Assembly: GCA_963751345.1 (NCBI GenBank)
Contig: CAVVUS010000010.1
Coordinates: 208,753-272,752 of the forward strand
Source: an uncultured Chloroflexia bacterium
GTDB taxonomy: Bacteria > Chloroflexota > Anaerolineae > B4-G1 > SLSP01
DNA length: 64,000 nucleotides
Direction of reading: 5' to 3'
Position numbers and translations under genes: made by a program. How positions within the stretch are numbered: position 1 is the first letter of the stretch; every line of letters begins with the position of its first letter. This document shows, in pieces, positions 44,653 through 54,389 of the stretch. The notes beneath the pieces were generated by a model. That model had not been told where the DNA came from and searched no databases. It saw only the letters and a program-made list of their open reading frames with translations.

Positions 44653-45348
44653 ATGGTACTAACCAAGAAGAAGCGCGATGAATTGCTCGAGCTATACGCC
44701 GACCTGCGTGTCGCCGACGTTCGCGACGGGATGGATTGGATGATGCGGCACAACTACGGTTCCATGATTCCTGAGATTCGACCTCTCTGGCGCACGCGGG
44801 CGGTGGGAATCGCCAGAACGGCGCGCTATCTGCCCTATCAGGGCGAGGTGCCAAAGATGACGCCGAAGGAATACACCAAATGGTCGGGTTGGTACTACCG
44901 CGAGGTGTGCACGTATCCCTGGATGGCTGACATCGAGAAGGGTGACTTCTGTGTCATCGACCAGAGCGGGGTAGATGTCGGGCTGCTGGGCTCAAACAAC
45001 GCCATGGACGGCATCATCAAGGGCGCAACGGGCTACGTGACCAACGGTGGCGTGCGCGATACCGACGAGGTCATCCTTGAGAAGATCCCATTTTGGTCAC
45101 GGATGATCTCCCAGGGCATGGTGCAGGCGCGACTGCAGTTCGACGCCCACAATATCCCGGTGGAGGTCGGGGGAGTCCTGGTTCATCCCGGTGACGTTGT
45201 CGTGGCCGATGGCGATGGTGTCATCGTCGTGCCGCAGGACATCGCTGAAGACGTGGCGAAATATGCTCACCAAGAGTTGAGCAGTGATAAGGTCTCTCGC
45301 CGTCAGAAATACGAGGCGTTGGGGCTGGAGTTGGACGAGACGGTATAA
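44653..45348 (+). CDS. RraA/HMG-aldolase family protein
   Basis: GGVRD and PGDVVVADGDGVIVVP motifs. Confidence 0.85.
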   Translation: MVLTKKKRDELLELYADLRVADVRDGMDWMMRHNYGSMIPEIRPLWRTRAVGIARTARYLPYQGEVPKMTPKEYTKWSGWYYREVCTYPWMADIEKGDFCVIDQSGVDVGLLGSNNAMDGIIKGATGYVTNGGVRDTDEVILEKIPFWSRMISQGMVQARLQFDAHNIPVEVGGVLVHPGDVVVADGDGVIVVPQDIAEDVAKYAHQELSSDKVSRRQKYEALGLELDETV

Positions 45349-45361
45349 GGAGAGCTCATAG

Positions 45362-45799
45362 ATGTTCACAGATTCGTACGCCGGCGACCTCGAGGTCGTC
45401 GTGGTTGGGATTGCACCCGGCGAGATGCTGTTGGAGACGATTGAGGCGGCGATTAAGGAGCACGGCGTCCGGAACGGCGCCGTGGTGTCGGGGATTGGAA
45501 CCCTCAAGGTTGCTCGGATGCACCATATCGAGCACGATCGATTCCCGCCCGATGATCGGATCTTCATCGTCGAGAAACCCCTGGAAGTGTCGAGCATCAG
45601 CGGCATCATCGCTGATGGCAAGCCACATCTGCACATGACGGTGGGATTCCGCGACGAATGGTCGATCGCCGGACATCTCGAACCCGGCTCGGAGGTGCTA
45701 TATCTGGCCGAAGTGGTGATCCTCCGGTTCGATGGCTTGGAGTTGGATCGGCACTTTGATGCCGAGCGGCGGATCAGCCTGCTGGGAAGGAAAGGCTGA
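45362..45799 (+). CDS. PPC/DUF296 domain protein
   Basis: SGIGTL, PHLH and AGHL motifs. Confidence 0.88.
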   Translation: MFTDSYAGDLEVVVVGIAPGEMLLETIEAAIKEHGVRNGAVVSGIGTLKVARMHHIEHDRFPPDDRIFIVEKPLEVSSISGIIADGKPHLHMTVGFRDEWSIAGHLEPGSEVLYLAEVVILRFDGLELDRHFDAERRISLLGRKG

Positions 45800-45827
45800 T
45801 TGACAAGCCGGGAACCTGGTTTAGAAT
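45800..45827 (+). promoter_or_regulatory. Promoter TTGACA-N16-TAGAAT
   Basis: Near-consensus; precedes the second leader. Confidence 0.8.
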
Positions 45828-45856
45828 AGAAGCACCATTCTTTTAGGAGGCGCACG

Positions 45857-45925
45857 ATGTCGATGAACAATAGCTCTGCTGTCGCAACCAACGACCGACA
45901 AGTGCGCCTGTACCTGGCAGGATAA
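45857..45925 (+). CDS. Leader peptide MSMNNSSAVATNDRQVRLYLAG (22 aa)
   Basis: AGGAGG RBS; same layout as the aspS leader. Confidence 0.7.
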   Translation: MSMNNSSAVATNDRQVRLYLAG

Positions 45926-45954
45926 CCACGATCTGCTAGCATAGGTTTCCAACC

Positions 45955-46060
45955 AAGCCACGGGCTCACTTCGGCCCGTGGCTTTTTTGTTCCCTCATCC
46001 AGAGACAACGCCTCCGCGTCTGTTATAGCCACGGGCCCACCGGGTCTCGTGGCTTTCTTT
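45955..46060 (+). terminator. Tandem terminator hairpins (45955-45988 and 46027-46060)
   Basis: Two AGCCACGGG...CGTGGCTTT stems with U tracts. Confidence 0.8.
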
Positions 46061-46180
46061 GTTTCCATGTGGGAGGTGAGTGATGTCAGAACGACGGATG
46101 GATGTGCCAAGTGCTGAAATGGCGGAAATGAGCACCGAATGGGTACCTATTCATGAAGCTGGAAACCAGGGAGTTGAGGA

Positions 46181-47164
46181 ATGTTTGATGAAGTAGACGA
46201 TCTCACCCTCAGGCCGTTCAAGCCTGAGGATGCGTCGAAGATGGTGGAACTGCAGCGGCGCTGCTTGGAGGAGTCCCGCGATACCAGCCTGCTGCCTGAG
46301 GGTTTCTATTTCAGCCCCGGCTTTGCCGGTGGGGACAATATCCTGTGTGCCGTTGACAGCGCCGGGACGCTCGTCGGGCACGCGATGGTCTACCCGAGCC
46401 ATGTCCATCCACAACTGGGCGTCTGGATGCTATGGCTGGACTTGCGGGTGGATCCCGACTATGCACCTGCGGATCAACTCAGGGATCGCCTGCTGGAGCG
46501 CATCCAGGTGCGCGCGCGAGAGATCCAAGCCGGGTTGGACCGGCGGGCGATGCTCTACGCTACGTATCTCTCTGAGGGCGGGGCTAGCCTCGCCTATCTG
46601 CGATCCAGAGGATTCGAGCTCGTGGAACGCATCTACCAGATGCAGCGGGACCTATCGAAGCCTGTCCCGGACTATCCTCAACCGGAAGGTGCGGAGGTTC
46701 GGGACTGGCGGATGGAGACTGAGGAGGAGCAGCGCCGCTACCTGGAGGCCTATGATGCCTCCTTCGAGAACGAGAGCAAGCCCCTGGAGCGACTGCAGCA
46801 CTTCATGGGATGGTCGGCGTGGGCGCCCGGCACAACCTTCACTGCCTTTGTCGATGACCGGGTGGTGGGGAGCGTGATGGTCTACTACGAGCCTGACCTG
46901 GAACAGAACGAGGAGCGTGTCGGTTACACGGAGTACGTTTTCGTCCGTCCCGGATGGCGGCGGCAAGGCCTCGCCCGCCACCTCGTGACGCGGGGACTCC
47001 ACTTCCTGAAGGAACGGGGGCTCGCTTACGCGCGGCTGGAAGTTGCCGCGCACAACGAGGGGGCTGTCGGGCTCTATAGGTCGCTGGGATACGAGCGCCT
47101 GCACGAGGAGATCACACTCGGTCTGCGCCTCGACGATCCGGTGGGCGCAGGGGGCAACGTATGA
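46181..47164 (+). CDS. Tandem-domain GNAT acetyltransferase
   Basis: VRPGWRRQGLA and N..A..LY.SLGY motifs. Confidence 0.9.
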   Translation: MFDEVDDLTLRPFKPEDASKMVELQRRCLEESRDTSLLPEGFYFSPGFAGGDNILCAVDSAGTLVGHAMVYPSHVHPQLGVWMLWLDLRVDPDYAPADQLRDRLLERIQVRAREIQAGLDRRAMLYATYLSEGGASLAYLRSRGFELVERIYQMQRDLSKPVPDYPQPEGAEVRDWRMETEEEQRRYLEAYDASFENESKPLERLQHFMGWSAWAPGTTFTAFVDDRVVGSVMVYYEPDLEQNEERVGYTEYVFVRPGWRRQGLARHLVTRGLHFLKERGLAYARLEVAAHNEGAVGLYRSLGYERLHEEITLGLRLDDPVGAGGNV

Positions 47165-48201
47165 CTCCGCCGAGCACACTCGAGGATCATACATCCGTGA
47201 CGTCCGACTCCACGACTGACACCGATCTCCCGCGCGTGCAGGGGCTCGTGGTCAGAAAGGATCGCGGTCGCTATATGGTGCAGGTCGGCGACGACCTCGT
47301 GCCGTGTTCGATCTCGACGCTGCTTCGAAAACGCCTGCTCTACCCTTTCCGGAATCCGGCCTCCCTGGAGCACTACAGCGTCCAGCGAGTGGAGGACATC
47401 GAGACGGTCGATCCCATCGCTGTGGGCGATCGGGTGATCTTTGTGGATGCCGGGGACGGCTCGGGGATGATCAAAGAGGTCCTGGACCGCAAGAGCCGGC
47501 TTTCTCGACGCGACCCCGGCCCCGTTCCCTTGGAGCAAGTCCTGGTCGCCAACGTTGACCAGATGATCGCCGTCTTCGCGGCCGCGCGCCCGCAGCCGAA
47601 GTGGCATCTGCTCGACCGCTATCTGGTCACGGCGGAGGCGGCCGGCGTTCCCGCCAGGATCTGTATCACGAAGCTTGATCTCGTCGACGCTGCTGAGTTC
47701 GACGCCGTCATCGAGGCTTACCAGGCCCTGGGGTATGCGGTGACCCTGACGAGCACGGTGGACGGGCGCGGCATCGACGAGATGCGGGGTGTGCTGCAGG
47801 GCCGGATTTCGGTGCTGCTGGGCAAGTCCGGCGTTGGCAAGACGAGCCTCCTGAATGCGGTCGAACCGGATCTGGGGCTTCGGGTCGGCGCCGTGGGCAC
47901 CGGCAAGATCGGTAAGGGGCGCCATACCACGACGCACCTTGAACTCGTGCCGATCTCGGGTGGCGGCGGGGTGGTGGACACACCGGGTATGCGTGAGCTG
48001 GCGCTGTGGCGGGCCACCCGTTCCGAGCTCGGCGCCTACTTTCCTGAGTTCAGGCCTTACCTGGGTAGGTGCAAGTTCGGCGCAAGCTGTCATCACGAGA
48101 GTGAGCCGGGTTGCGCGATCAAACAAGCCGTAGATAATGGTGACATCTCGGTGGAGCGCTACCGAAGCTATCTGCGAATGGCGCAGGAAGTTCCGGCGTG
48201 A
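47161..48201 (+). CDS. rsgA: Ribosome small subunit-dependent GTPase A
   Basis: VGD, ANVD, TKLDL, GKSGVGKTS, GRHTT, DTPG and CKF...CHH..EPGC motifs. Confidence 0.95.
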   Translation: MTPPSTLEDHTSVTSDSTTDTDLPRVQGLVVRKDRGRYMVQVGDDLVPCSISTLLRKRLLYPFRNPASLEHYSVQRVEDIETVDPIAVGDRVIFVDAGDGSGMIKEVLDRKSRLSRRDPGPVPLEQVLVANVDQMIAVFAAARPQPKWHLLDRYLVTAEAAGVPARICITKLDLVDAAEFDAVIEAYQALGYAVTLTSTVDGRGIDEMRGVLQGRISVLLGKSGVGKTSLLNAVEPDLGLRVGAVGTGKIGKGRHTTTHLELVPISGGGGVVDTPGMRELALWRATRSELGAYFPEFRPYLGRCKFGASCHHESEPGCAIKQAVDNGDISVERYRSYLRMAQEVPA

Positions 48202-48263
48202 GAACAGCGTGGAGGTAAGTCGGACGGCTTGCCTCCACGGAAGTTCCTGGAGGAATCGATTCT

Positions 48264-49619
48264 ATGCCGACGTCTGCTTCTTCCTCTCCGTACAAGAACG
48301 CTATCTGGATCTTCGGGGATCAACACAGGGCACAGGCCCTGAGCTGCAATGGCGACCCAAACCTGAGCACGCCCAACCTTGACCGCCTGGCGTGCGAAGG
48401 ACAGAACTACGAGCGCGCGGTCTCCGGGTTTCCCCTATGCTGTCCATTCCGAGGCTCGCTGCTGACCAGCCGCTATCCCCACGAATGCGTGCCGGGCCAC
48501 GAATACCCTTTGCCCCCCGATATGCCCACCGTCGCCGATGTCTTCAATGATCACGGGTTTGATACCGCCTATTTCGGCAAGTGGCATCTCGGTGGTTTCA
48601 AGGAACGAAACGGACGGGCCGCCATGCACATCATCCCGCCCGAAGGGCGCGGCCATTTCGATACCTGGATCGGTTACGAGAACAACAATAGCCAGTGGGA
48701 CTGCTGGGTGCACGGTGGCGTGGGCGAGGACGCCTTCCACTATCGGCTGCCGGGCTACGAGACGGATGCCCTCACCGAAATGCTGATCGACTATATCCGC
48801 CGCCAGGGCGAGGACCGACGCGCCGGACGGGGCCACCGTTTCTTCGCCGTGCTCTCCGTGCAACCGCCTCACAACCCTTACGTCGCTCCCGAGCGGTGGA
48901 TGTCACGTCACGTCCCCGGACAGGTCGCGCTGCGTCCCAATGTGCCCCCCGTCGCGTGGGTCGAGACGCGTGCGCGGCGTGAGTTGGCCGGTGCCTACGC
49001 GCAGATTGAGAACTTGGACTGGAATGTCGGGCGGGTACGCCAGGCGTTGGTGGACGCGGACCTTGACCTGGACACCCATATCCTCTTCTTTTCGGACCAC
49101 GGCGACATCCATGGGTCGCACGGCCAGTTCCTGAAAACGGCGCCCTGGGAAGAGTCGGTTCGCGTTCCCTTCCTTATAGGGGGCTTGCATCCGCGCTATG
49201 AGGGCCGGTCGGGTCGCACGGATGTCTTGATCAATCACGTGGACATCGCACCGACGACCCTGGGCCTCTGTGACATCGAAAAACCGGATTGGATGCGCGG
49301 GCACGATTACTCAGGTGTCCGGCTGCCCTCACGCCCCCAGGTTGAGGCGCCCGATTCTGCTTTCATTCAATCGGTGATCCCAACCGGACACGGTGACAGC
49401 GTCGACCGGCCCTGGCGCGCCGTCGTCACACGGGATGGCTGGAAATACGTGGTCCTCGAGGGGCAGCCCTGGCTGATGTTCAACCTGAATGACGATCCCT
49501 ATGAACTGGTCAACCTGGCGCACAACACAAAGTTCGGCATAGAGCGAAAGCACCTCCAGGATCGACTGGCCTGGTGGATCGAAGAGACCGGGGATCGCTT
49601 CGCCCTCCCGGCGATTTAG
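48264..49619 (+). CDS. Sulfatase
   Basis: CCPFR (CxPxR), GKWHL and SDHG motifs. Confidence 0.92.
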   Translation: MPTSASSSPYKNAIWIFGDQHRAQALSCNGDPNLSTPNLDRLACEGQNYERAVSGFPLCCPFRGSLLTSRYPHECVPGHEYPLPPDMPTVADVFNDHGFDTAYFGKWHLGGFKERNGRAAMHIIPPEGRGHFDTWIGYENNNSQWDCWVHGGVGEDAFHYRLPGYETDALTEMLIDYIRRQGEDRRAGRGHRFFAVLSVQPPHNPYVAPERWMSRHVPGQVALRPNVPPVAWVETRARRELAGAYAQIENLDWNVGRVRQALVDADLDLDTHILFFSDHGDIHGSHGQFLKTAPWEESVRVPFLIGGLHPRYEGRSGRTDVLINHVDIAPTTLGLCDIEKPDWMRGHDYSGVRLPSRPQVEAPDSAFIQSVIPTGHGDSVDRPWRAVVTRDGWKYVVLEGQPWLMFNLNDDPYELVNLAHNTKFGIERKHLQDRLAWWIEETGDRFALPAI

Positions 49620-49714
49620 GCAGTGAGACGCGTTTTCACGTCAGCACGTCCGAACGTGGAAACGTGCCGACGTCGCAGCGCATCAGCGTCTGACCAAAGG
49701 AGTCCGCAAGCATA

Positions 49715-51364
49715 ATGGCAACCAGTTCAAAAAAGTGGCAGCGACCGCGCGTCACCTTCCAGCCTCAAGTTCATCGTGGTATGCTCCGTGGCGTTGAGCA
49801 GATCGTGGATGCGGTGCAGCCGACGTTGGGTCCTCTGCCCCGGATTGTTCTTTACGACCAGAGCATTGGCCATACCACTCGGGTGCCGGAGCTGTTGGAT
49901 GACGGCGGCACCATCGCTCGGCGTATTGTCCAGATCCGCGGTCGAGATGCGGACGTCGGGGCAATGCTTCTCCGCAACGTCTTGTGGAGACTCCGAGAGG
50001 AGGTCGGAGACGGTACGGCAACGGCGGCCGTGCTCTTCAAGGCGGTCTATGCGGAGGGTCTCCATTATTTGGCCGCGGGCGGTAACCCAATGCGCCTGCG
50101 GGTTCATCTCCAACGAGCCGCCCAGGAAATCCTTACCGAGCTCGATGGCATGACCTCGCGCATCCAGGGCAAGGATGAACTCACAAAACTGGCCTCGGCC
50201 ATCTCCAACGATAAGGAGATGGGCAAGGTGCTCGGCGAAATCTTCGACATCATCGGCGAGTATGGACGGCTCGAGATCCGCACGAGCCGGGGGCGCGGCT
50301 ATGAGCGCGAATACGTGGAGGGTATGTACTGGGACGGCGGTCTGGTCTCTCGCGCGTTCATCAACGATATGGCGAGACAGCGAGCGGAACTCCCAAATGC
50401 CGCCATCCTGATGACGGATTTCGACATCAGCGATCCCCACGATCTCGTCCCACTGTTGACCACGTGTGTGCAGGGCGGAATCGACAATGTCGCCATCATC
50501 GGTCGGAGGATCTCTGATGTTGTCGTGGGCATGCTGATCATGAATCGCGATAAGGGCAAGGTCAAGATCAATGCCGTCGGGGTGAAAACGCCCGGTGTCG
50601 CCTCGTCTGAACAGCGTACGGCATTGATGGACATGGCAGTTCTGACCGGCGGGCGTGTCTTTCGCAGAGATGCCGGCGATAGCATCCGTGACGTCAAACT
50701 GGCCGACCTCGGTCGAGCGCGCCGCGTGTGGGCAGACAATCGCAACTTGGGCCTGGTCGGTGGCCAAGGTGACCCCCGTGCACTCCGGGAGCACATCGCG
50801 CGCTTGCGCAACACCTTTGTCTCGACGACTGATGCCGACGAGCGCGACGAGTTGCAGAAACGAATCGGCAAACTGATGGGAGGGTCGGCGACGCTTCACG
50901 TGGGCGGCAGCACCGAAACGGAGATGAATTTCACCAAGGCGCAGGCACAGCGCGTGGCAGACGCAATGCGGGGGGCAATCCGAGAGGGTGTGCTTCCCGG
51001 CGGCGGTGTGGCGTTACTGGCGTGCCGGCCGGTGTTGGCGGCGAAGATGGCTCAGGCCGAGGAACCGGAGGAACGCGCCGCCTATCATATCCTGATGACG
51101 GCCCTCCAGGCACCGACGCGCGCTCTCCTGGAGAACGCGGGATATGAGCCGGGCGAGATCCTCGGTAGCATTGAGAAGGCAGGGCCGGGGTATGGGTTTG
51201 ACGTTGTCACGGGCGAGATCGTGGATATGAACGCCGCCGGAATCCGGGATATCACGACGGTGGTGAAAGCGGCCGCGCTGGCTGCCGTCAGCAGTGCAGC
51301 GATGGCCTTGACCACCGACGTCGTCATCCATCGCGCTCTCCCGCCGGACGCGCTGAACACTTAG
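49715..51364 (+). CDS. Divergent Cpn60/GroEL paralogue
   Basis: TLGP, DDGGTIA, GDGTAT, EGM and GGGVALL motifs; no GGM tail. Confidence 0.85.
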   Translation: MATSSKKWQRPRVTFQPQVHRGMLRGVEQIVDAVQPTLGPLPRIVLYDQSIGHTTRVPELLDDGGTIARRIVQIRGRDADVGAMLLRNVLWRLREEVGDGTATAAVLFKAVYAEGLHYLAAGGNPMRLRVHLQRAAQEILTELDGMTSRIQGKDELTKLASAISNDKEMGKVLGEIFDIIGEYGRLEIRTSRGRGYEREYVEGMYWDGGLVSRAFINDMARQRAELPNAAILMTDFDISDPHDLVPLLTTCVQGGIDNVAIIGRRISDVVVGMLIMNRDKGKVKINAVGVKTPGVASSEQRTALMDMAVLTGGRVFRRDAGDSIRDVKLADLGRARRVWADNRNLGLVGGQGDPRALREHIARLRNTFVSTTDADERDELQKRIGKLMGGSATLHVGGSTETEMNFTKAQAQRVADAMRGAIREGVLPGGGVALLACRPVLAAKMAQAEEPEERAAYHILMTALQAPTRALLENAGYEPGEILGSIEKAGPGYGFDVVTGEIVDMNAAGIRDITTVVKAAALAAVSSAAMALTTDVVIHRALPPDALNT

Positions 51365-51376
51365 GGGAAACCGAAA

Positions 51377-52381
51377 ATGACAGAATCACAGTACCCGCAC
51401 GCATCTGACTCACCTGAAGATCAACCCTCTGCGCCCGAGGCTGAGGAGCTCCAGAACGACGACCTCGTCTACGCACTGACCTGTACGCCTGATATGGCGC
51501 AGTGGTTTGCCGCGCGGGGTTCCGGGCTCTATCGTTCTCAAGACGGCGGCGCCACCTGGACCTGTCTTTTCGACTCTCTCAATCTCGAGAGCGCTCTGCT
51601 TGCCACGTCCGTCGTCCTCTCACCCGACTACGATGGCGCGTCCCACGCCAGCCTCTTTGCCGGGGTACCCGGCGGCGTCGTGCGTTCGGTGGACGGGGGC
51701 GAAACCTGGTTTGCCTCAATTCTGGACTCGCCACCTCCGGCGGTTTCCGCAATGGCCATCTCTCCCAATTTCGTTGAGGATGGCGTCGTGCTCGCAGCTA
51801 CGACCGACGATGGGATCTACCGCTCCGCGACCCACGGCACCCATTGGGCTCGCTGGAATTTCGGTCTGCTCGATCTCACGGTGTTCTGTCTCGCTATCTC
51901 GCCGGGCTTCGCTCAGGACGAGACCCTTTATGCCGGCGTGGAGAGCGGCATCTTCCGGAGTACAAATGGCGGGCGGGCTTGGCGGGAGATCGATCTTCCG
52001 ATCGGCTATGAGTCGGTCCTGAGCCTTGTGCTCTCACCACACTATCCCGAGGATGGCACGCTCTTCGCCGGCACCGAAGGCCAGGGCCTGCTCGTCTCCG
52101 AGGACAATGGGCTGACCTGGTCCCGCCGTGGCGCAGACCTGATTGTGGATCCCGTGAACGGCATCGTAGTGTCGCCGGGGTCGCCTGATCAGCTCGATGT
52201 TCTGGTCCTCTCGGAAGATGCCCTCTGGCTCTCACGTGACGGCGGCCAGGCGTGGGTCGAGATCCAGGGAACACCGCCGGGGATGACGGCAGTGGCGGCC
52301 CCCCAGGGGCTCTCGGTCCAGGCTCCGTTGCTTATCGGCACAATCGACGGCAGAGTCGAGGTGTTCGAGTTGGACAGGTGA
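51377..52381 (+). CDS. BNR/Asp-box beta-propeller protein (YCF48/VPS10-like)
   Basis: Repeated S.DGG.TW; no signal peptide. Confidence 0.8.
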   Translation: MTESQYPHASDSPEDQPSAPEAEELQNDDLVYALTCTPDMAQWFAARGSGLYRSQDGGATWTCLFDSLNLESALLATSVVLSPDYDGASHASLFAGVPGGVVRSVDGGETWFASILDSPPPAVSAMAISPNFVEDGVVLAATTDDGIYRSATHGTHWARWNFGLLDLTVFCLAISPGFAQDETLYAGVESGIFRSTNGGRAWREIDLPIGYESVLSLVLSPHYPEDGTLFAGTEGQGLLVSEDNGLTWSRRGADLIVDPVNGIVVSPGSPDQLDVLVLSEDALWLSRDGGQAWVEIQGTPPGMTAVAAPQGLSVQAPLLIGTIDGRVEVFELDR

Positions 52382-52475
52382 GTTGCGGAACGTGTGTGCG
52401 TAGCGTGGTGCTGGTACGCTCGATGCATGCTTCCGGCTCTGGATCTCAACTAAGTCGCCTGTAAAGACGAGGACG

Positions 52476-54347
52476 ATGCAATACACGCTCTTCATTGTGC
52501 TGGCACCGATTGCCTGCGTGTTCTCGGTAGGTCTCTTGCTCTACGCGTGGCGATGCAGGGCCTCGGCAGAGATATCGGCCTTTGGTTGGCTGATGATCTC
52601 CATCGCGGGCTGGCTCATCTTCAACACACTGGAATTGGTCGCCCGGTCACCATCGTGGACCCTGGCTTGGGCGAAGGTGACCTACCTCTTCATCGTGAGC
52701 ACACCTGTGGCCTGGCTGACCTTCATTATGCAGTACGTCGGTCTCCGGAAATGGCTGCGCTCGCCGGGTTACTGGGCGGTCGCCGTCATACCGGCGATAA
52801 CAGCTTTGCTTGTCTGGACCAACCAGGCTCATCATCTCGTCTGGCGCAGTTATCGATTCGAGGCGGTAGGGGACTTCCTGGCGCTGCAAGTTGACCATGG
52901 CCCCTGGTTCTGGGTGTACGTCGTGACCAGCTATGGGATGGTAGTCGCCGGGGCTCTGCTGGTGGCACGTCGGCATTTTACCGCGCTGAATCTCTACCGC
53001 CAGCAGACGCGGTGGCTGCTGTTAGGAGGATTTATCCCGGTTCTTTACAATGCCGTCTACGTACTGCGTCTGATTCCGGGCCTGCTAAAGGACTACACGC
53101 CGATCTCGTTCGCGCTTGCCGGGATCGCCTTTGCCGCTGGGATGTTTTGGCACCGTCTCTTTGACGTCAGGCCGGTGGCGCGCGCGACGCTCATTGACAC
53201 GATGAGCGATCCGGTGATCACCGTTGATGTAGCCGACCGGATCGTCGACCTCAATCCTGCCGCATACCAACTGCTCTCAAAACTTGAGCCGGGTACGGTC
53301 CCTGCCAGGCTGCTGGGACGACCCATTGACGTGTTATCGGCCAGGTGGCCGGCGTTGGTGAGGTGCCTGGGCGGGCCGGGGGTAGATAGTGTCGACATTG
53401 ACCTGCTCATCGGCGAGCAGATGTGCCACTACGAGTGTCATCCCTCGCACCTGAAGAGTCAGCGGAACCGTCCGGCGGGAAGACTGATCGTGCTGCACGA
53501 CATCACCGAGCGCAAGAAGGCTGAGGAAGCTCTACGCTACCATCTGGCGGAGCTTGAGACGAGCAATAAACAGCTTGATGCCTTTGCCGATGCCGTCGCC
53601 CACGATCTCAAGGGGCCGCTTAGCACGATGATCGGGTATGCCGAGATGCTCAAGCTGACCGCGGGTGAGCTTTCATTGGACGAGATCCTGCAGCACCTGG
53701 ATACTTTTCTGCGGACGGGCTACAGAATGACGCGGATTGTTGACGCTCTTCTGCTTCTGGCAAAGGTGTATCGTCAGGAGGACGTGACGCTCGATACGTT
53801 CGATATGAATATGGCGGTAGGCGAGGCCCTCTTGCAGGTGCAGTCGGCGCTGGAGGCTCGCGATGGCGTCATATCGGTGCCGGAGGACTGGCCCTGGGCG
53901 AGCGGCTACATGCCCTGGGTGATCGAGGTCTGGATCAACTATCTGACCAACGCGATCAAATACGGAGGCACACCACCTCGCATAGAGCTGGGATACGATT
54001 TCCCGGCGGCTGACGCGCCATCGGACGGTGCAGACACTCCGATCGGCAGCCGGTTTGTGCGTTTCTGGGTGAAGGATAACGGGCCGGGGCTCTCGGTCAC
54101 CCAGACCGCGAGGCTCTTCACCCCCTTCACCCGACTCCATCCATCCCGCGCCTCGGGGCACGGCCTGGGCCTGTCGATCGTCCATCGGATTGTCGTCAGA
54201 CTTGGTGGGCAGGTGGGTGTGGACAGTACACCCGAGGGAGGCAGCACGTTCTGGTTTACGTTGCCCGGTGCTGGGGTAATGAGTGAAGATCCGAGCGAAG
54301 CGCTGGATACGCAGATGACCCGTCTGGAGGCAGAGGCTACAGGTTGA
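52476..54347 (+). CDS. Sensor histidine kinase (7TM-PAS-HisKA-HATPase)
   Basis: Hydrophobic N-terminus; AHDLKGPL, NAIKY, DNGPG and GLGL motifs. Confidence 0.93.
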   Translation: MQYTLFIVLAPIACVFSVGLLLYAWRCRASAEISAFGWLMISIAGWLIFNTLELVARSPSWTLAWAKVTYLFIVSTPVAWLTFIMQYVGLRKWLRSPGYWAVAVIPAITALLVWTNQAHHLVWRSYRFEAVGDFLALQVDHGPWFWVYVVTSYGMVVAGALLVARRHFTALNLYRQQTRWLLLGGFIPVLYNAVYVLRLIPGLLKDYTPISFALAGIAFAAGMFWHRLFDVRPVARATLIDTMSDPVITVDVADRIVDLNPAAYQLLSKLEPGTVPARLLGRPIDVLSARWPALVRCLGGPGVDSVDIDLLIGEQMCHYECHPSHLKSQRNRPAGRLIVLHDITERKKAEEALRYHLAELETSNKQLDAFADAVAHDLKGPLSTMIGYAEMLKLTAGELSLDEILQHLDTFLRTGYRMTRIVDALLLLAKVYRQEDVTLDTFDMNMAVGEALLQVQSALEARDGVISVPEDWPWASGYMPWVIEVWINYLTNAIKYGGTPPRIELGYDFPAADAPSDGADTPIGSRFVRFWVKDNGPGLSVTQTARLFTPFTRLHPSRASGHGLGLSIVHRIVVRLGGQVGVDSTPEGGSTFWFTLPGAGVMSEDPSEALDTQMTRLEAEATG

Positions 54348-54389
54348 GCTGGTAGTCCGGCACTCACTACAATCGAAGGAGGTCGCTTC

